NCBI GenBank assembly: GCA_964658305.1
Contig: OZ210885.1
Coordinates: 24,490,001-24,554,000 of the forward strand
Length of the DNA stretch: 64,000 nucleotides
Direction of reading: 5' to 3'
Source of the DNA: Leptogorgia sarmentosa
Taxonomy: Eukaryota
Part shown: piece after piece, positions 25,124 through 36,900 of the stretch
Layout of the letters: the number at the start of each line of letters is the position of its first letter
How positions within the stretch are numbered: position 1 is the first letter of the stretch
Position numbers and translations under genes: made by a program
Notes under the pieces: model-generated
The model's input: only the letters and a program-made list of their open reading frames with translations
What the model was told of the DNA's origin: nothing
Databases searched by the model: none

Positions 25124-26869
25124 CCAGATTATTGTACACATTCTGATCGTTATAAATGTTATTCACAACTAAAAATTGTTTTGTTTGGAGTAAGTTGTGG
25201 ACAACCAAGTAAATAAGTGATAATTATATTCGTTGTATACCATCATTTTAAGTGTAAGTAAAGTATTTAATCAAACAATATTGTATTTTTATTTAAAGGC
25301 AAATGTATCAAAACATTGGAGTTTTACAATATGATTCATATGTACATCTTAATGGTTTTACAATTCTTATATATTTTTTGAAAAAAATTGCCATCTTCTT
25401 GACTTACAATGGAGATCAATTTCGGATATTCTTGCTAACCGAATATAATTTACAGATATTTTAGGCAGATTTAAGCATTATTTTACATAGTCAATATAAA
25501 GATATTCCAGAGACATTTGTGTTTTCATTTTCCGGAGAAAATAAAGAGGTTTTACAGACATTTAAAAATGTTGTATTCATGTCCTTAATTCACACAGAAA
25601 GTATGATCATTTTAAAGAGATTTTAGATTGAATTTTTAAAATGTATGTAAATTTTCAAAAATTTACATAGAAAACAATAATATTTTACATACATTCAGTG
25701 GTTATTTGAGCAAAGGATTACCTGGAATTTACACAGATTTTGTAGAGATTCGAATTTACAAATAAGAACTTGAGATTTTACAGAGAATTTCTTAACTTTT
25801 TTGATGTCTGTAAATGGTTCAGTTTTTCCAGTGTTCAATCCCTTCCTTTTAAAACAGTTTTCAACAGTGCTTTGCTCAAGCTACAATATGCCAAATCTGA
25901 TGCCAGATGACTTTACATTACATAATAGTTAAGTTAGTGGTTACAGGGTAATTCATTATCTTTTTTGCCCATTAAATCATACAATTTGGTAACAATATAC
26001 TAGAATCTTCTACATGCTGGAATCCCTCAAGAATTATAGAATCCCAGTGGGGCCATGATATGCCAATCAATTCAAAATCTACCCATGCAATCCACTCCAG
26101 ACCAACAAAGGGATGAGATTTAGGATAACATATAGCAGGACTTATTTGTATCATAATGACAAATATATTAGGAAAGCAATTTCCAATATTTTTACATGAT
26201 AAAATAGCAAGCTGCTATCAATAGTTAAATACTGCTGTGAACAGAGCTCATAAGACAATTCTACTTTTGAAGGTTTAGTGCTCAAATAATTTACAAAACA
26301 GGGCAGAAACTTTTTGCAAGAAGGAAATTGACTTTGGTAGAAACTTCGTGCAATTTTCACAGGAGATGTGAAAACTGAAAATGCAGTAGTTGTGGTCACT
26401 CAAGTTAACAAATAATGATTTACTAATGAATATACTGCCATTTCTTTTTATGAATTTACCTAGTATATGTTTTGAAATTTCACGGTGTGACTTCGAAATA
26501 TAGATGTTGTCTTTTTTCACATTTCGTGACGTTTTAACACTTTTTTTGACATTCACCGTTGGTAATAGAATATACAACATATCTTACTTTCAGTCCTTTG
26601 AGCAAATTTATCGGTAAATAAATAAAATGCCTAAATATGTCGAAAAAAACACTGCAAAACTGAAGTTTTTATAAAAAAACCAGGGGGGTGTGGAAAGGTA
26701 GCGGGCTCATAAATCGAGCCCTGGTAAGCGGTAATTCTGTGAGGTTTTCGGTAACTACTTCATAGTCTTGATCTATTGTGGATCCTAGCTGTAATGTATC
26801 TAAGGGTTCTATACATGTTCATAATCATGAATATCCTTTCCTAACCCTCGATAATGGTACATAACCCTA

Positions 26870-28141
26870 CATAGTACTACATAGTATTCCATAGTACTGC
26901 ATAGTACTCCATAGAACTCCACAGTACTCCATGGAACTCCATAGTACTCCATGGAACTCCATAGTATTCCGTGGAACTCCATAGTATTCCATGGAACTCC
27001 ATACAGGGTGTATCAAAAAAAAGTTTACTGATGAAAAACATTCTCTAAACTAACGAGCGCTCAAAATTTCCAAAAACTTTCGGTTAGCCTGGGTAGTTTA
27101 ACACCCTCTGGTATATCTAGTACTCAGTTTATTTTAAAAACAAACTTTTTTAGAATGGGAAATGTGGTTACTGAAAGGCCCATTAAAAACGGCTTGCGCG
27201 GAAAAAATAAGTTTTCTTCACACAATTTGATTTAATCGGATGAAAATATGGAGTATGATATACAAGCTATTCAAGTTTTGAGAAATTTGGTGCACGCTGA
27301 GACGAACGCGCGATGTCCGAAAACTGGATTTTTTCGCGTAATTACGGACCTTTGGGAATTAGCTTGCAATTTGCATTGGTAATTAATGCAAATATCCAAT
27401 TATGCATAAATTAATCGGTAATCACGCAGGAAAGAACGCAAAATCCAGTTTTCGGACATAGCACGTTCGTCTCAGCGTACACCAAATTTCTCAAAACTTG
27501 AATAGCTTGTATATCATACTCCATATTTTCAACCGATTAAATCAAATTGCGTGAAGAAAACTTATTTTTTCCACACAAGCCGTTTTTAATGGGCCTTTCA
27601 GTAACCAAATTTCCCATTCTAAAGAAGTTTGTTTTTAAAATAAACTTAGTGCTAGATATACCAGAGGGTGTTAAACTACCCAGGCTAACCAAAAGTTTTT
27701 GGAAATTTTGAGCGCTCGTTAGCTTAGAGAATGTTTTTCATCAGTAAACTTTTTTTTGATACACCCTGTAGTACTCCATAGAACTCCATGGAACTCCATA
27801 GTACTCCATGGAACTCCATAGTACTCCACAGAACTCCATGGAACTCCATGCAACTCCATAGTACTCCATGCAACTCCATAGAACTCCATGGAACTCCACA
27901 GTACTCCATGGAACTCCACAGTACTCCATGGAACTCCACAGTACTCCATGGAACTCCATAGAACTCCATGGAACTCCATGGAACTCCATAGAACTCCATG
28001 GAACTCCATAGAACTCCATGGAACTCCATGAAACTCCATAGAACTCCACAGTACTCCATGGAACTCCATAGTACTCCATGGAACTCCACAGTACTCCATA
28101 GAACTCCATGGAACTCCATAGTACTGCATAGAACTCCATAG
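26870..28141 (-). repeat. 10-bp satellite array, left arm of element B (interrupted by the MITE)
   Basis: Units such as GTACTCCATA and GAACTCCATG; reverse complement of the right array. Confidence 0.97.
27004..27768. mobile_element. Tc1/mariner-type MITE, almost fully palindromic
   Basis: CAGGGTGTATCAAAAAAAAG...CTTTTTTTTGATACACCCTG; arms about 330 bp; TA TSD at 27002-27003 and 27769-27770. Confidence 0.93.
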
Positions 28142-28922
28142 TCTTGCATATTACTCTGTAGATATTGGTAATAATGCTTTGTCTTGAAGGATAAACGATG
28201 ATAAATTTTGAAAACCAAACTCATCAGTGATGACAACCTCGCGACCATATTTTGCGAAGAGAGCATTCACTGGAAACAAGTATCGTTGAGTAGGCGGTAA
28301 CGGAGAACTTTTAACCGGTGTCCCCGACTAACGAATTGTCTATGAGGCATTCTATTGCAGTATTGCTTGGTACCCATTTATAATATTATGTTTTATTACT
28401 TGTAAAATGCGCTGGTGAAAAAAAAATGGACAATGCTGGAAACAACTTTAATCACATAACCTCAACGCTTCCTTCCATATTTTTGTTTTCTAATTTCTTT
28501 GAGTTAATACGACGACCCACATACACCTCAACACCGACGATTCATTTAAATTAATAATGAAGAGTTTTGACTACAGTTCTAAAGTTGAACATACTATCAT
28601 TATTTTATTATTATTAATATTTATACACGTTTATTAGCGTCTTATTACCATGACTTTCTTCTATTATTAATGGTGTTTTATGATGTTTATGAAGATAATG
28701 AATATGAAGTAGATATAGTAGATATCACTCGTACGCGTGTTGCTTCATACCGTTTAACGTAACAATCATATATTACTAACATAAAGCCCCCGGAAATAAA
28801 TGTTTACATTCACTTGGCCTGTGGAAATGCAAGCCATTGTCCTTTTCACACTCTATTTTTAAAACAATACCACTCAAATATGGTCGCCCAGTTATAGCCG
28901 ATTCTAATTTTTTCAATGGCAT

Positions 28923-31900
28923 TTATAAAATCTTTTGAGATTCTATCTCTTTTTGTACCATTTTAACATGGACCTCTTGCAACTTCTTCATGTGCATAAT
29001 TTTACCAGAAATCTGGCTGCTTGTTTTTTGCCCAATTGGTAAACCACTATTTTGAAGTGCAAGTGATGATGCCAAGTTGCGATAAAGAATGCTGCTGTTA
29101 ACTGCACTGTTCTGTAAAGGGCTTTCTTCCAAAATTTCCGATATTGTTATTAAAACAATTGTTTCAAGGTCTGTCCATGTACCAGAGTTTATGTTGAAAC
29201 CTTGTTCAGCAAGATATTCACATCCTTTGCTGCGGTGAAAATGTGGCTCGTTGTTTCTTTTCCTCTTGTTGGCTTGCCCTCTGGTATCTTTGTTTCCCAC
29301 TTCCAATGGTTTTCTGTTGCCACAGTTCTTGCATTTGCATGATGTAGAACAGTGTTGCGCATTTCGTAAACACGGGTATTTTGATTTGTGATTATTTGAA
29401 TCTTCACAAGCCACAGGTGACTTGTGACAGGAGCATTCTATTTTCGTCAAACTGTTAACAGCACTTTTACATTGTGAGTTACCGCACAACTTACATCTGC
29501 AGATACGTGAGCAAGTGACCTTCCTGGTAAAACAAGGGCATCTAGAGGTAGTGCACGAGGACGTGTTTATTTCACCTTTCCTTTTCCTGCCACAATTGCA
29601 TCCTTTTTCGTCATCTCTATTTCTCGTTCTTGCATGTACTTCCTCCTCTTGGGCATCTAAATGTATATTATACAGTCGTTAAGAAATATGAAACATTTCA
29701 GTGTTGACATACGGTTGTTGTGTTAAAACTAACAATGGTGGTAAATTAATTACTATTAAACATACCTGATGTTCCGTCATAATGTCCAGGCGATGTGTGG
29801 TTGAAGGTGATATAAATTGGTTTGGAAAAAATCATTTGAGTTGGAAAAAATGAAAATTGTGGTGCACTGGGGTAAGAGGTGATGACAACTATTGGCAATC
29901 CAAGAACGTTAGCGCAGACTTTAACACACAAATCTGCTAAGTTGCTGCCAAAACTGCCTTCTTGCTTAAGGTACGAAACTTCTTGGAAAAAGTGATGTTC
30001 GTCAAGGCCTATCCAATTCTTATAACGATCGACGTTATTCATTAACTCTTGTATGAAAAGCGTGCGAAGTAATGAAGCGTCCTCCTTGGTTGACTTTCCG
30101 AAGCCTATGCCTTTCAAAGTAGAAACAAAGTTTTTAATGTTTTCGTCATTGTCTAAACATAGCAATTTGGATAACTGAACGGTGATGCTATGAAAGCAAC
30201 AATTTCCGTCACCAACTACATTGTCGATTGTTAAGCTGAAAGACAGTAAATTTCTCAACAAAGTCTCTTTATTTCTTCCACTGTCAAGACAGAACTAAAT
30301 TTTAACTCAGGAGCTAAATTTTTCGTTTGTGTTCTAATCAGGCTTGCTTGTTGTTCCATTTGATGGAGAGGAAAACTTCCAAAAGTAATTCCACGATTGG
30401 CAGATTGGCTATTGAGACTATCAAACGTTTCTTGTAGTTGCAGAGCTTAACTTTTGAATAGTGTATGCGAGAATTTCATCTGTGTTCAAGTCTTCAACTT
30501 TATTTGCATTGTATATCTTTATTTTTATGTTCACTTGATCTTGAAATGTTATTGATGGGCAGTCTTGTCGAATATTTCCCTGTCGGTGCAAAAAGCAATC
30601 TGGTACACTATGTATGCCTGTATTACGGACGCCAAGAAACGTATCAGACACGCTGGAAGAATTCTGTTCAATGAAACATTCAGGTGGAACAATTGGGTAA
30701 ACTCTTTGATTTTTTGAATGTGTTCGCTTTTTTCTGCGACAGTTCCAGACATATATGCAAACTGTAAGGCAAGCTACTGCTAATTCTGGTGATATGGTAT
30801 TGGCTCCAACCAAAAGAGAACTGCGCAAATGTCTATGGAATCTTTCATTTTTTTCTGTTCCCTCACCAGGCAAAATACCTGAAAGGCAACCTACATCAAT
30901 GTGTTTCCTCAGAGTATCAATTGCTTTTGCATTCAACATACCCTCCCAGCGATAGAGAAATTGCTCTAAGTTTGCATTTATTATTTCTGGTATCGGTGTC
31001 GCTTGCTGCCTCTCGTCATCGAGATCATTGTCATTCCTGATTATCAAACCGAACTCTTTGCTAAACTGAAGTCTTCGGTTACTGTTATCAAATGTTTGAA
31101 TTACACGTTGGCAGGCATGAAAAATATCGAGTTTTACAAGTGTTTCTGCTCCAAAAACACTTTCATACAAACGCCGCATTTTGCAACAGTCGTCTAATAA
31201 TATAACTTCTATTCCAACACCTTTATCGTTATGTCGTTGTTTCAGATCAACCAAAAGATCTTTGATTTGACATGATCCATGTCACAATTTCTTCATGCTC
31301 GTTCATAACAAAAAGACAATTTTCGAACTGTTTCACAAAAGTGTTGTCATTCCGTTTAATAGATATGTGTTTACTGACTTTAAAGGTATGATCTAGCGAG
31401 AGAACAGTGCCAGTTAACTTTTGCATTTCAGTGGAATATGTATGTTTGATGGTTTCAAAATGCTCAAGAAATATCTGCATAAGTTTATCATTGCTGGGGA
31501 AAGAGTATAGCATGTCGGCATAAAATGAATCCACAATATTGTCACAATCGGTAAATGTTCTCTGATATTTTCGAAAATTAAGTAAGGGATGCTAACCGTT
31601 CTGAAATTTTCAAAAAGTTTTGTCCAAGTTCTATATTCGTCCAGATATCGTCAAGGAGGTCAGTCGTAAATGCACTTTTGTGGTGCAAGATGACTGGAAG
31701 TTGTGTAAGGGAGGTTTTGGGCAACCTGTCCAAAATTTCTTTGGATCCAGATAGATAGGTATGTTTTGGCCAGTTTAATCCATGAGGCGAATTGCACTCA
31801 TATAATCTTTGCACCAATATTATGTTACAACCTAAATCGTACGCAAGTCGTGGGTTCCAGTTACTCTTCTTCTCCAAATCAGACATCCATTTTTTGAGCT

Positions 31901-32156
31901 GCAGTCTACTATTATGAATAGGACATAACAGTTGCAGATTAAAGTGGCTAACTGGACACAAGATGAATATTTTTGGCAGGATTTTGCAATCTGGAGCGCT
32001 AGTTAATATGACATGATCAAAGCGAGGATGTTGAGGATCTTTATCAAACTCCTTTAATACAGATTGTAGCACATTATGTGCGTGTTTGCTGATAAATACC
32101 GCCCAACCAGTGGCCAAGATATAGAATACTATTACCAGTGACACAACTGTTGCCAT
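28923..32156 (-). pseudogene. MULE-like transposase fused to OTU protease, two CXC domains and a SANT-like tail
   Basis: LSLDHTFKVSK, MNEHEEIV, LLDDCC, VKLDIFHACQR, GTEKNERFHRHL; OTU VVGDGNCCFHSI...PGHYDG; intron 29765-29657; then CNCG...CPC...C...CRC..CGN and a second similar repeat, and WTDLE. Stops and frameshifts near 31578, 31250 and 30420. Confidence 0.72.
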
Positions 32157-32353
32157 AACAAGTCACTTAATTTACAGCAAAAACCAGTATTGAAAAGATA
32201 TTCGCATGTCTACTACACAACTGCGTTTAAGATAGCACAGAGATGAACAAAGGCGGTGGGCGTCTCGTCGGGATTTTCAGGTAACTCTAATGGGCGTGGC
32301 ACATGGTAAAGAAGAAAAAAAAAATTGTAATAGAAAAGTTACAAAAAAACAAG

Positions 32354-32479
32354 TAAAGCTATTCTTAGAACTGAACAAATGTCATTGGAATTGAAAATGA
32401 ACATGACAACAAGTCGATAAAGCTATTCTTAGAACTGAACAAATGTCATTGGAATTGAAAATGAACATGACAACAAGTC
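32354..32479. repeat. 64-bp tandem duplication in the divergent intergenic region
   Basis: TAAAGCTATTCTTAGAACTG...CAACAAGTC at 32354 and 32418. Confidence 0.92.
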
Positions 32480-33956
32480 AACTGTTTCTTATGGCAAGTG
32501 TGCACACTCCGGGTTACATGTGAAACAGCAGAATTCCAAAATTTGCTAGGATGATGGATATGGATGATCTGTTACAATGCGACACCAGCACAGACACAAA
32601 TATAGACTTCGATGAAAGATTGGATCAAGCGTTGGATAATGAATTAGACCAAGCCCGTGTTTCGCATCGGTCAGACAAGAGTAAAAATTCATCAAGGCGT
32701 AAATTTGTAGTTCAATCAGGCGAAATCGGCTATATGAAAGGAGACAATTTCGTGGCTGTTTCAAATTTTACGGTGGAATGCACTGGATTCGTCAGCAAGA
32801 ACGCAAACTCGACCACTGCTGAAGGCTATTTCATTGATGTCATACCAAAAGCATCCGTACAGGCTCCAGAGAATGATTGCAGCCTAAATACAAATACAGA
32901 AAAGAGGTAAGGATTATCAAAATACTACGATTAATTATACAGTAGCTATAAAAAAGTTCAAAACTTACTATAAATTCGTCAGCTTAATTCGCAGTCGTCG
33001 GCTGTTGTGCATTATGCATGATTTCAAAATTTTGTACACCTGCATGCCTTGTAGAAAACAGCCTGAATTGTTCAGCTTCTATTTTTGCATGGAAGACAAA
33101 TTGAAAGCTGGCAAAAAATTGCAATAATTATCACATGACTATCGAAATCATTTCCAAATTTAGATCGTAAGCCCAGTAATTACTTCGGTAACCACTAATG
33201 ACAAAGTTTTACCAATTTTGTTTTCTATTTTTCTAGGGAGTCGTATTATTTGACATGGAACAGTTGACAGGACAATTCGACGGCGTGCCATTAATAGTCG
33301 CTTATTAATTGGCCAGTTTGATAGAGTTGAGATAAATTTATTTTTATTTGATTTCTTGCTTTGAAATAGACCTAAGACCTTATCATTGTGATCTTATGCA
33401 TAATAACGCTTTGTTGCGTTGCGTGCTTGTGTAACTAATTTGACATCTTTTCCCTTCAAATTAAAGTAGCTAGTGCATGTGCGCGCAGGTTAAGTTATAT
33501 TTGTAAAAACATTTTATGTATTTAATTTTTTGTTTGCGCATGATTGTATATTTAGAGTGCACCCTGGCTGGGCTTGTTAAAATGATAGGAAACCAGAGTC
33601 TACCGTTTTGGTGGGATGACGCGGACAAATTTTCCATCCTAGAGAAGTTGGCTGTCATGGCATTTAACAAAGTAATAATTTTGATAGTGTACAAGTATTT
33701 TTTAACATTCAATTGTTTAGGTTTATTAATAGGTTTTTTGTTGCTCATTCATGTTTCTAATTCTACAGTCCAAAAAGAAGACATTAAGAAAAATGGATGG
33801 GGAATGCAACAGCGCAAGAACCGTGCCTTTAGTTACTATGAATCCAACAACATTGACAAAGACGATCCTCAACAACAAAGAGAAGTTATCCAGGTAAATG
33901 TAATTTAATTCACATTTTTGACAACTATATATAATGTGGTTTGGTGTAGTTATATG

Positions 33957-36900
33957 TGTAAGAAACTGCTAGACAGTGTTATTTATAACCGGAACTGAGT
34001 TGGGACTTCCGGTTAGCACTGCGGGGGGGTTTTGTTGTTGTTGTTGTACAATTTTGAGGCAACGGGTTTGGTTGTGTTTTTTTTGGAACGATCGAGGATC
34101 AATAAAATGTCTAAATAAATCAGTGTGCGACTTTATTATATGGCGCCTAACGTGGGGCACTAGCCCAGTCGAAAGTTTGAGAAGATTATTTGCGAACCGA
34201 TCGAAATGTCAACCGGACAGCAAGCCAGTAACGAGCAGGGCGGCAGCGAAGCAACGAACAGCGAGGCGACGATTACGAACAGCATAGCAATGAAAAATTT
34301 CGAGAGAACCAAAGCGATACGAAGGGGACACCGTGGCGTTGTAACGAAATTGACTAACGAGGTTTCATCATACTACAGTACCGAAGAAAAATTACCCGAA
34401 GCGATGTTATACCGTTTAGAAATAATCGACCGAAATTTAGAAACCAAACTACGAGTACGCGAGGAGTTGAATCAACAAGTATTAGACGTTTGCGAAGTCG
34501 AAGAAATCGAAACAGAAATCGAGGAAGCCGAAGCAATTTTGTGGAAAATATTGGAGTGTAGAAAAATTATTGGCATAACACAGCAAAGGCAAGAATCGCT
34601 GCGTCACGAGGAGTTGTCACAAGCGCAAGAATCGAATTCGCAAGAGGAAATACAAGCTACACAACCACAACAACTTGAAGTCACAGCGCAAGAGGAAGGT
34701 TCGTCACACGAGGTGGTCAATCAAAGTCAAGGTCAAGGTACTGTGATAAACAATGTTAGTTCGACTCCAAATGTTAATACAAGCTCTATTACACGAACGC
34801 GTTTACCGAAGCTCACGCTACTAAAATTCAAGGGAAACATTATAAACTGGACAACATTTTGGGACTCTTTTCAATCAGCCATTCACAACAATGGGGACAT
34901 TACCGACATTGACAAATTCCGGATGAAATACGATTGCACATTGCACGAAGGAGCTCCAAAAATGTGTGGGAAATTAGTGAATTGCTCGAAATCATTAAGG
35001 TTGAAGTGGAACCACGAGAGGCGAGCAGTGCAGTGAAGGTCAAAGAGAGTCGCAGACAAAATGAACCCACAGGACATCAAAGAAACCGGCAGTCGTCAGC
35101 AGGAACGTTTACGACTAGAGTGAATGGTGTTGCTCCGGATAGTATCAAGTGCGTATATTGCAACGATAGCCACTTTTCCGCTTCATGCAAGAAATTTACC
35201 GACGCTAGGGAAAGAAAGGACATTCTGTATAGGGACGGACGGTGTTTCAACTGTATAAGAAAGGGGCATCAGACAAAGGATTGTCAAAGAGCTAAAACAT
35301 GTCGTGTGTGTAGTGGAAGACATCACCAGTCAATTTGCACGAGCCAGAAGGAAACCCCGAGGCCTAACCCAGACAACGAATCGCGGCAACCCCAGGCGAA
35401 GGCGGCTCAATTAGACTCTGTTACCAAGACAGTGACAGTAAAGGGCGAAAGAGTAGGGAAAACGGTTCTTCTGCAGACAGCTACAGCCGTCGTGTTCAAT
35501 GAAAGCAACTCCAAATCGGTACCTGTTAGAATCTTGTTCGACAATGGATCTCAACACTCGTATGTTACATCCCAGTTGAAGTCTCGTTTGGGTCTGAAGC
35601 CAATCAAAACAGAGACATTGCGTCTGAACACCTTTGGTCAACCTAATTACAGGAAGGAGAAATGTTCGGTTGTGAAACTTTGCTTGAAGAAACGCGAACA
35701 GGAAATTGACCTAGTTGCATTGGACTACCCCGTCATCTGTTCTCCACTTCCAACGAAGGTTTGCATCGAGCATCCGCATTTAGAGGGCCTAGAGCTGGCG
35801 GACGATTGTGAAGGCGCGTCGGCCGATATCGATATCCTTGTAGGATCGGATTATTATTGGGAGTTAGCTCGAGGGGAAGATGGCCCGACCGCAGTTGCCA
35901 GTAAGCTGGGATGGTTACTGTCTGGACCGCTGGGGGATACAGAAGAGAGCTCAAACCTTTCAGTATCCAATCTAATTATCGCTGGAAATTGCAATTCGCC
36001 CGAGAACGCAACACTAAGTGACCCTATTGTCGAAGCACTACGGCAGTTCTGGGATGTGGAGACGGCTGGCGTAATAGACAAGACTCCACCATACGACCAA
36101 GTGATAGACGACATCCGATTTGACAAGGATCGTTATGTTGTTGGACTTCCCTGGAGTTCAAAACTGTAATCCCGAATGTACCAATTACGAACTGAGTCAC
36201 AACCGTTTGAGATCATTGCACTACAAGCTCAGAAATCAACCAGATATTCTAAAGGAATACGATAGCATCTTAAAGGGACAACTCGAATCCGGAATTATAG
36301 AGGAGGTACCCAAGGACGAAATCGAGATACGAGAACCGAGTGAAGTACACTACACACCCCACCACGCGGTCGTCAGGAAGGACAAGGAGACAACGAAGGT
36401 TAGAATTGTGTATGACTGTTCGGCCAAACCAACGTCGCAGCAACGTTCGCTAAACGACTGCATGGAAACTGGTCGTAATTTTATTCCAAAATTGTTTGAA
36501 GTGTTGATCAAGTTTAGAAGCAATCCAATTGGCCTCGTGGCAGATATCGAGAAGGCGTTCCTCATGGTCGGAATACGAAAGGAAGATCGCGATCGGTTGC
36601 GGTTCTTGTGGTTTAAGCATCCCGAGAGCGCAAATCCGGAATTGGTGCAAATGCGTTTTTGTCGTCTCGCTTTTGGATTGAAGTGTTCCCCATCCATGCT
36701 AGGAGGAACAATTATGCACCATTTAAAATCGTACAAAGAGCGCTTTCCTGACATTGTAGAGATAATCAAGGAATCCCTGTATGTGGATGACCTGGTGTCT
36801 GGATCAACAAGCGATGATAAAGCGTTCGAAATTTATGAGAAATCGAAGAAAATATTCGCAGATGGCGGGTTTAACTTAAGAAAGTGGAGTTCGAATTCGA

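Noticed and set aside
27719..28266. Three overlapping minus-strand repeat ORFs
   Set aside because: Same satellite artefact in the left arm.
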